A DNA stretch of 64,000 nt, taken from NCBI RefSeq assembly GCF_030144855.1, contig NC_082709.1:37944001-38008000 (forward strand), given 5' to 3'. Under the pieces are notes generated by a model. The model did no database searches. It had not been told where the DNA came from and was given only the letters and a program-made list of their open reading frames with translations. The position numbers and the translations under genes were made by a program. Source of the DNA: Hypanus sabinus. Taxonomy: Eukaryota. Position 1 is the first letter of the stretch, and each line of letters starts with the position of its first letter. Shown piece after piece: positions 1-64,000 of the stretch.

Positions 1-211
1 TCTATTCTATGTCTATGTTCTATGTCACATGCACTTTGATATCGCGGATAAGGTAAAGATGTTCTGTAAATGCACGGCTGTCTTTCTTACTGTTAAAAAC
101 GTGGTCTCAGTTACTGGTTCAAGCGTAGCAACCTCATGCCAGACAACAAGTTCCAACAAACAGCAATAATGGGTAAAATTTCAGAGAGCCAGTTCTAAGA
201 TGTCCTGCTTG

Positions 212-341
212 TAGTCCTGCTGAAGAGTTTTGACCCAAAGTGTCGACTGTACTTTTTCTATAGATGCTGCCTGGCCTGTTAAGTTCCTGCAGCATTTTGT
301 GTGTGCTGCTCAGATTTCCAGCATCTGTAGATTTTCTCGTT
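212..341 (+). mobile_element. Penelope-like element terminal repeat (pLTR) fragment
   Basis: GATGCTGCCTGGCCTG..AGTTCC..CAGCATTTTGTGTGTG motif shared with the 3' ends of the GIY-YIG-containing copies at 941-2070 and 12515-13450. Confidence 0.75.
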
Positions 342-409
342 TATTTATAGTAAATTGTGTTTTATGGTGGTTATAATGACTAGATGGCTTAATATTAATT
401 AGAACACAA

Positions 410-915
410 AAAAAAACAGAATCAAGAGTTATGTCACCAGACCCCTCCAGCCTGCCCCACTATTCAACGTGATCATGGCTGGCCTGAAAACCTGTCCTGT
501 GCCAGTTCCATACAATCTTTCAAATATTTATCTATCTCCGCCTTTAACTGCATCTAGGTTCATCCTCGGGGGAGGGGATAGATAATGCTAGTGATTCACT
601 ACTCTCTATGTTCTGAGAGAAGAAATTTCTACCTTCCTTAGCTGTAAGTAAGTAAGGGCTATGAAGCACAAGTACAGGCCCTTTGGTCCATCTGACCTAC
701 GTCAACCAAGCTTGTCCTATTTGGCCGATGTAAAGCTTTCCTGTTCCCATTCCCCTCAAAATGCCTTGAACATTGTAATTACATCCACCTCCATCCTAAC
801 TGTATGGCCATGTCCACATGTTTGTGGCTTCCCAACATTGAAAAACATCTCAGTGTCTACCCTGTTCAGCACCCTTGGTATCTTGTATGTCTAAATAATG
901 TTCCCCTTGTGCTTC
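410..915 (-). mobile_element. two degraded CR1-type LINE 3' fragments
   Basis: Resemble the reverse complement of the CR1 3' ends at 40953 and 54721; boundaries approximate. Confidence 0.5.
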
Positions 916-940
916 TACAGGCCAAGTTACAATTACAACT

Positions 941-2070
941 AAGAGAAAATCTGCAAATGCTGCAAATCCAAGGAAAACACACAAAATGCTGCAGGAACTC
1001 AGTAGAACCATTAACTTCATCTCCTCCATTTCACGCATGTCTACCCTCACCCTGCCTTTCTGCTACCCGACCATGGATAGGTTTACTCTTGTCTTCACCT
1101 ACCACTCCACCAGCCTCTGCATCCAGCACATAATTCTCCATTATTCTGCCATCTCCAGCAGGATCCCACGACCAAGCATAACTTTCCTTCCTTCCCACTT
1201 TCTGCTTTTCACAGGGATCGCTCCGTACACGACACCCTTATACGTTCGTCCCTTCCTACTGATCTCCTTCCTGGCACTTATCTTTGTAAGTGGAAAAAGT
1301 GCTGTATCTGCCCTTACACTTCCTCCATCACCACCATTTAGGGCCCCAGACAGTCCTTCCAGGTGAGGTGACACTTCATCTGTGAGTCTGTTAGGATCAT
1401 CTAGTGTATCCAGTGCTCCCAATTTGGCCTCCTGTATATTGGCGAGACCAAATGCAGATTGGGAGAGCGCTTCACCGAGCACCTACACTCTGCTGTCAGG
1501 AAAAGTGGAACTTCCCAGTGGCCACCCATTTTAATTTCACTTCCTATTCCAATTCTGACAAGTCAGTCCTTAGCCCCTCTACTGTTGCAATGCGGCCACA
1601 CTCAGGTTGGAAGAACGGTACCTTATATACCATCTGGGCAGCCTCCACGATGAACATCAATTTCTTGAAATTTCGTTAATGACCAACATCCCCCCCACCA
1701 CCATTCCCCATCCCTATTTCCCTCTCTGACCTTATCTCCTTACCTGCCTATCACCTCTCTCTGGTGCTCTTCACCCATTTCTTTCTTCCATGGCCTTCAG
1801 TCCTCTCCTATCAGACCCCTCCCCCCTTCTCCAGCCCTGTAGCTCTTTCACCGATCAAGTTCCCAGCTCTTTACATCAGCCCTCCCCCCCCATCCCAGTC
1901 TCACCTATCACCTTGTGGTTCTTTGTCCCCTCCCCCCAACCATTTTACTCTGACACCTCAACTTTTTCTCCCGTTCTGACGAAGGGTCTCAGACTAAAAC
2001 ATCAACTGTACTCTTTTTCACTGATGCTGCCTGGCCTGCTGAATTCCTCCAGCATTTTGTGTGTGTTTTG
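941..2070 (+). mobile_element. Penelope-like retroelement, truncated, with inverted terminal piece
   Basis: About 1360-1680 translates to CES..II*CIQCSQFGLLYIGETKCRLGERFTEH (GIY-YIG endonuclease); pyrimidine-rich 3' UTR; pLTR at 1971-2070; 941-1002 is an inverted copy of the element end. Confidence 0.85.
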
Positions 2071-2075
2071 AAAAG

Positions 2076-2192
2076 CAGATCTTTTGCTTATCAAATCTGT
2101 AAAAGAGGTTGAGTAGAAATTTGAACTCAAAACCACAGTTTCTCAAAACATTGAGAAGTTATGATTACCCCCTGGATTGGTGATTACCTTCT
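2076..2192 (+). repeat. 117-bp local duplication, copy 1
   Basis: Ungapped match to 5815-5931, about 10 mismatches by eye. Confidence 0.9.
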
Positions 2193-2321
2193 TGCTTACG
2201 ATTGCAACTGCTCTTTGGAAGTAGGTATCTCATAATAGTCCTTTTAGACTTGCCAATGGGTAAACTACTGATGCAGCATACACACTGTCCATTCCTGTTG
2301 AGTACCATCATGCACACTTAC

Positions 2322-57685
<55,364 letters not shown>

Positions 57686-60473
57686 CTAAGAATAAATGGA
57701 ATAGAAAATTAATTTAAGTTCTCAGCCCTGTGAAACGATTACACTGAAATATTCAGTAGAGCATGAAGATTAATTAATATTTATTTACTTTCAGGCTTCC
57801 TAATATATCAAAAGATCTGGGATGGATAAGGCAAGTGATCAAGCAGGGTAAATTTACCGCAGCCGATCAGCAATACATGTTTATAAATAGCAAAGTCAAA
57901 TAAGGTCATCCTCTGAGAATGTTTCAACAACAACTTCCATGTATATAATGTCCTTATTTAATAAAACTGCACAGAGAACTTAGCACAGGTGTCAACAAAC
58001 AGATATTGATTCCAAGTCTTAAGAGGAGATGTTAAGCCGAATTTTCCTTGACTGAACCCGTCGTCTACAAGTGACCATCTCACCTCTAATCCCACGGCTA
58101 CACCAACCTACTGCAGCAATCACAGCACAAGTCATTTATAAAGCTTCAAATGCATGATAAAAATACATATAACAAAAATATATTGAACACTATAAAATAA
58201 TTAAAAACAAAAAAAGAGTCAAGCAGCTTTTTAAGGTGAGTCTGTGATCTCATTCAAATGGTTGAGGAATGCATCTGGTCCTTTAGCACAATACAATCAG
58301 GACCACCTCTGAACTAGGTGACAAGATCAGAGGAAGCAGTCACCTCACTGGCATCTGATTTCCACTGTGCATCTGGTCTGTGCTACAACATGCAGATGTG
58401 CATGGCAAAGACGGGTTGAAATCTGAGAGTGGAAAATCCCCACGGAAATGCCGCCTGCACCACAGCCCACAGTTCAGCCTTGGAACAGCAAGGTCAAAGA
58501 GGCATCCAAAGGAGTGAGGAGATGAGAGGAGTGGAAATTCTGGAGCTGAAGTAATGGCTGCCGAAATTGGTTGAATAGAAAAGGAGATGATATTGAGACC
58601 AGGTAATGTGGCTACAGGAGATTGCAGAGATAGAGAGGGATTAATAAACAAGGGAAGAGAGTGTAAAATCAAGTATTTGCTGAAATGGGTGCCAGTGCAG
58701 GTCAGGAAGCTCAAGGGGAAAACCACAGACATGATGCAAGTTCAGTCACGGCCAGCAGTGTTGAATCATGGGAATACAGTATTACACAGAGGACAGAGGC
58801 TACCCAAGACTGCATTAAAATGGCCAAATCTAAAAAGCATAAATGAGAGATTCAGCAGCAGATGCTCAGAGGCAGAAGAAGAGTCAAGTTGTGCATAGCT
58901 AAGCATCTATCTTGACCTTGAGTTGAAACCTTATTCTCTATTTGAAATCTCTGGTGAGCTTCAGTCGAGAGTAGCACCACTCCCAAGCCTCACTACATGG
59001 GCCATGAAGGCTTCATGTTCAATTAAATATAGAGGAGACAGTGACTTGGAAGACTGGAACAGAATATGACAGAACAGGAAGTCATGAGAGAACAACACCC
59101 ACATTGAGGTAAGTTTTGTGGGACTTCTGGGTCCAAAGGCTATGCAGTTAAGGGGAGAGACATCTACAGGTTACATTGTCATCCAAATCAAAAATGAGGC
59201 TTTCGATAAATCCTGTTTCCTGCCAGGATTTTTGCAAAGGACAGGTCAGTCATGTTTGGCTGTTAAAAATCACTGACTGTGAGTGATGCCATCTGCCCTC
59301 CAGTCCACAAGTTTTTATTGACCGCCACCCCCCCCCCCCACTTTACTTTGATGAGCAATGCCAATATTGTTGGAAACTTAGGAGATAAAATGCCGAACAT
59401 GGAAATACCTGTCACTCACCTGCTCCATTCCCGCTGCTTGAGTAGGGTTAAAATTAGTTCTAAACTTTTCTTATACACTTGGCAATATCACTGCAAAGAA
59501 AATGTGCTTTTTCTGCCCTAAATGAGTCAAACCGACTTGAACACTTTCATTATAAGCAGATTTTTGATAATAAATGTGGATTTAATTGTACTGCAGTCTG
59601 ATACAAAGAAATTTCAACTGTGCATTGACAGAAAGCGACAGCATAAATTTGCCTGTGTTATCAAGCCAAGCAGTCCAGCAGTGCCTTGCACGGATCAGTC
59701 CGGTTTTCTTGGATTTCAGCAGAATATATTGAAAACAGGTTTAAAATGTGCCAAAGGGAACATTTGAACTTGATGAGCAGCCAGAGTTTTGTAATAACTA
59801 AAAATATTGGAGGATGAGAAATGGATCTCTAAATATGCATGCAGCAGTCCTTGCTGTCAGGCAAAATACGATGCAAACCTCATATTCGACCATTTAGTCC
59901 TGGAGCTTCTTCCTCCAACTTATGACATCTTAGCTGATTTGCAGTATGTTTATTCCACAAATCTATACACCTGACTTGTGTGGGATATTGGATTTTGTAA
60001 ACAATGAATGTATGTCTGTCAGGTCAATGACTACTTAACTCTTTCTGAACTCTTAGCATGTGCGGTCAGATAGTGACAAAATGTCTACAGATTGTCTGCT
60101 GATAGCTGAATACTTTCTTCAGGCTTATTGCTTATATGTAAACATTAATGCCCTTTGTAGGTCCAAGGAATGTTGTGTCTGGGCATTGGCGGACTAATGA
60201 ATTAGGAGTATCATTAACATATCTAATTGATTTATAAGAACTGTGTTAATGGGCACATAATACATTGTTTGGTGTGAACAAGTTGAGTTAATGCAAGATC
60301 AAAGAGCGTGTCTATCTCTTGGTTGCTCAGCACTTCTAGGATTTGTATGAACGAAAGAATTTTTCATTCATTCTTTGGATTTTCAACCGGATCCAGAAAT
60401 CTCAATCTGTGTCTGCAACCAAGCTGTGGTTTTGTGAACGAGTCAGAAATCAGAACTCCCTTGACAAGAGCAA

Positions 60474-61581
60474 CAATCAAGTGGTGACTAAGAATCTTTG
60501 TAGAAATCTTTCTGACTTGCTATATTGTATTTTGTGTGGTTTTTGATGCTTTCTATTGTACGATAATAAAATAGGCTTTAGTTATTGTGTTGTGCTTGTA
60601 TGCTTTTTACCACATCTCCTAGGCACTCAGGTTGTTGGGTGTGATCAATCCAGCCTGTTACACTTTAGCACTGCAAACAGGACCCAGGAAAATGTGGAGG
60701 TGGACAAGCAAATTATGCAATATCATATCTGGGACTTAACACATCACCATCACCAGTTGGACGGATAACTCTAAGGGTTTTGGATTGCTGGCAATGTTCT
60801 AAGTAATTTGGGTCCTCCCAAATGTTGGGAGAGAGTATTGTCTGATGTTAAATTCCACGTGTAGTATCACAATGCCCTAAGCAAGTAATTTTTCCCTCGA
60901 AGAGAGATTCGCTGCCTCAAGTAGGGTGGATTTTTATTACTGCAAACACAAGGAAATCTGAAGATGCTGAAAATTCATGCAACACACACACAAAATGCTG
61001 GTGGAACGCAGCAGGCCAGACAACATCTATAGGAAGAAGTACGATGATGTTTTGGGTCGAGACCCTTCATCAGGACTAACAGAAAAAACTAGTAAGAGAT
61101 TTGAAAGTGGGGGTGGGGGGCTGAATGCATTTTGACAGTTGAGTATTGAAACAGTTGAACTCTCTAAGGAAAAAAAGTGACTGCAGTGCAAGTTTTCCTT
61201 TGAGTTCTCAGAACACTATTTTAAATGAAGTACCATGGATGGGGAGGAGCACACTAAAAGTTCAAAGCTTCAACAGACTGCCGTAGCTGATGAGGGTACA
61301 GTATCTGGTATGATGAAGTCTTGGATGGGGATGAAAACAATGCAATTGTTGCTTGCCCCCAAATGTGGCAATCAAGTGGTGACTATGAATTGTAAGTTCA
61401 AAATTCTTTGTAGAAATTTTTGCTACTTACTATGTGGTATTTTGTCATTTACCTGTGCTTTCTAGTTTATGCTAATAAATTAGGCTTAAATTACTTTGTT
61501 GTGCTTTTACGCTTATTACCACATCTCCTGGACATTCAAATTAGTTGTTCTGAACAACCCAGCACATTAGCAGTAACAGGA
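60474..61581 (+). repeat. diverged ~210-bp direct repeat pair (60474-60682 and 61369-61581)
   Basis: Shared blocks CAATCAAGTGGTGACTA, TCTTTGTAGAAAT, TAATAAA.TAGGCTT, TGTTGTGCTT, TTACCACATCTCCT in the same order. Confidence 0.8.
60940..61120 (-). mobile_element. Penelope-like pLTR fragment
   Basis: Reverse complement of the pLTR motif, including AGTCCTGATGAAGGGTCTCGACCC. Confidence 0.8.
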
Positions 61582-62261
61582 ATAGAGTCCTATGTAAAAT
61601 TAATAATTCAATCAATATCAATTGTAATTTATAGAATGTTGATATCAGGATCTCTTTAACATTTCAATAATCTAAGCAAGAGTATTTTCGGGGTCCAAAT
61701 AGCATGCTTCAAACATTCAAGACCATATAAGTTATAAATATTTTTTTAAAAAGTCATTCTATTAATGTGTCTCTTTGGTGAGTTTGAATCATTGGTTTGA
61801 ACAGTTTTAAGATATGGGATCATTAACATTTATCCAGTTATACTTTTATTCTGGGACCTGGTCATGATTGCCAAGGCCAGCATTTATTTCTCATTCTTCA
61901 GGTAACCTTCAGAAAGTAGTGATGAGCCTTCCCGAGAAGGCATTCCATCATGTTGTTCGCTAGGGATTTCCAGGATTTAGAGTCAGTGCTCATGAAGGAC
62001 TAGAAGTATACTTACAGAGACCGCATTAGGAGCTGGTCATTCAAACTCAGATGGTGTTACCTCGTCACAACCCATACCATTAACAAGCTTTGATATTTGA
62101 ACACAATCCTCTCATTCAAATTGTCCCATTGATCTCAGCTTCTCAGCCCCAAAGTGATTCATGTATACCCACTCTGCTTCTGTCCATTAATCAATGCATA
62201 CTTGTAAGTTATCTCAAATACCATGTACTCCATAGTTTTTAAATAATCTCATCCGGAACTA

Positions 62262-62797
62262 CATTCAGGAGCCACATTATTATGCTCCTCTTGTACCTAA
62301 TGCAGCGGCTCTATAGTCTTCTGCTGCTGTAGTCTATCCACTTCAAGGTCTGACACGTTGTGCATTCAGAAATGATCTTCTGCACACCACTGTTGTAATG
62401 TGTGGTTATTTGAGTTACTGTTGCCTTCCTGTCAGCTTGAACCAGGCTAGTTATTCTCCTCTGACCTCTCTCATGAGCAAGGTATTCTCGTCCACAGAAC
62501 TGTCACTCACTGGATGCTACGTTGTTTTGCTTTCATACCATTCTCTGTAAACTCTAGAGGCTGTTGTGCATGAAAGTCCCAGGAGATTAGCAGCTTCTAC
62601 GATACTCAAACCACACCTGACACCAACAAACATCCCACGGTCAAAGTCACCTAGATCACATTACTTCCCCAATTTGATGTTTGGACTGAACAACTACTGA
62701 ACTTCTTTGTCCATGTCTGCATTTAATTGCTGCCACATGATTGGCTGATTAGATATTTGACTTTAAAAAATGCACCTCATAGAGTGGCCACTGGGTA
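62262..62797. mobile_element. non-autonomous Tc1/mariner-type element
   Basis: TA-flanked degenerate TIRs CATTCAGGAGCCACATTAT ... ATAGAGTGGCCACTGGGTA; no transposase ORF. Confidence 0.7.
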
Positions 62798-64000
62798 TAT
62801 AGCAAGGGCCTTCCAAGAGTCCAAACATAAAACATCAGCTAATTCACCTTCATCTGTCTGTGAGTTACAATTAAGAAAATTCAACAGATATATCAAAATG
62901 ATTTCATTTTCATAAGTCAAAGCAGATTCTTTCCAGTCCTAAGTCTGTTTCGAACTGAAAATATACATCTAATAGGAGTGATGATAGAAATGTAATTGCT
63001 GCCAACCCCTATTCCTATTGGCAACAGATCAAGGCAGCTTCTGAGGTAGAGAACTGAGAACCAGGGCACTGAAATGCCCACATGAGGAGGAAAACTGTGA
63101 CAGGAACAATTCAGAGCAAACTTCACCCTATGTGTTTAAAAACTAGGCAATGTAAAGCACAGTCAGTCCTTTCTCCCCTGGGCTACTGCAATCTTCTTGG
63201 AGCATTGCATTGGGGAGTTATAGAAAATCCAGTTGCTGAACTTGTTAGAAATCTCTCTATGAATTTTAATTTTTAGCTGTTGGCTGGAAGCAGTCTCCTG
63301 AGCTGTGGAACATGCTGATCAACTTTCCCACTAAATGAGCCAGATTTGCCTGCATTTTCCAGTAGGTTTCTCTGTTAATGATTTCACAGAGAAAACATGT
63401 ATATCTGCTTTGTCGAGGAGACTAAAGTCATAATTGCATTGACAGCTGTTCACCCAAAGGAAAACTTGTGTCAGGGTATGAAGTTTAAAACTCAGTAGTT
63501 ATTTGTCAGACCAGTAGGGAATTGTAACCTTGGCCTGTGCCAGAACAGCTAATGTTTTTCTGACCTATGATTAATTACTTTGTCTAATTTTTCAGCAATG
63601 ACGATTTGACCAGAATTCAAAATTACAATTAAATGGCTCTATTTATTCTGATTAATGGTAAAGTTTACCATTAAAAAATACCATACATATTGAGATACTA
63701 TTGAGAAAAAGCAATACATCTCAAGGAGTTAAGACAAATGCTGAAAATCCTACACATTCGAATGGATTTTTTTTTTCCTCTTTAATGGGCCTGTTAAAGT
63801 CTAAACTTGGATTACTGGCTGGATGCTTTCTTGCAGGATTGTGGGTGTATATTTTAAATCAAAGCCTGCTCAGAGGCAAAATATCCTGGTTTGCCTCTGA
63901 TAACAAAGATGGCCAGAATTTCTGGCATATGAGCAAAGTTTGCATCTATCAGAGAGGGAGCATTAACACACATTCTCACAGTGTGAGACTGGGTAAAGAG

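Noticed and set aside
57686-64000. Exon 18 or extra/alternative Gly-X-Y exons
   Set aside because: No splice-flanked Gly-X-Y run found here or in other introns; the 19-50 series has no missing or duplicated exon.

Overview
Vertebrate genomic DNA. The repeat content (CR1, Rex1/Babar, Penelope-like, V-SINE/HE1-like) suggests a cartilaginous fish, probably a ray; that taxonomy is inference. The whole window lies inside one fibrillar collagen gene on the minus strand, best matching COL5A2. I traced 32 consecutive phase-0 GT-AG exons (19-50 in the 54-exon clade-A numbering; 45/54/99/108/162 bp; 2475 bp = 275 uninterrupted Gly-X-Y triplets) between 57685 and 2322. Exon 18 and exons 51-54 are outside the window. 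The introns are filled with degraded transposons: CR1 LINEs (one near full length, with a nested Tc1 and SINE), Rex1/Babar LINEs, Penelope-like elements (PLEs), tRNA-derived SINEs, two solo LTRs and Tc1/Tigger DNA elements. The most unusual signals are (i) decayed minimal hammerhead-ribozyme motifs in the PLE terminal repeats, (ii) several PLE-derived fold-back insertions that make long intronic hairpins, one only ~65 nt from a splice donor, and (iii) a PLE insertion that appears to have captured 117 bp of local intronic DNA. I found no convincing wholly new gene system. Most listed ORFs are TE fragments or chance. TE boundaries are approximate unless TSDs or TIRs are quoted, and comparisons to human COL5A2 are from memory.
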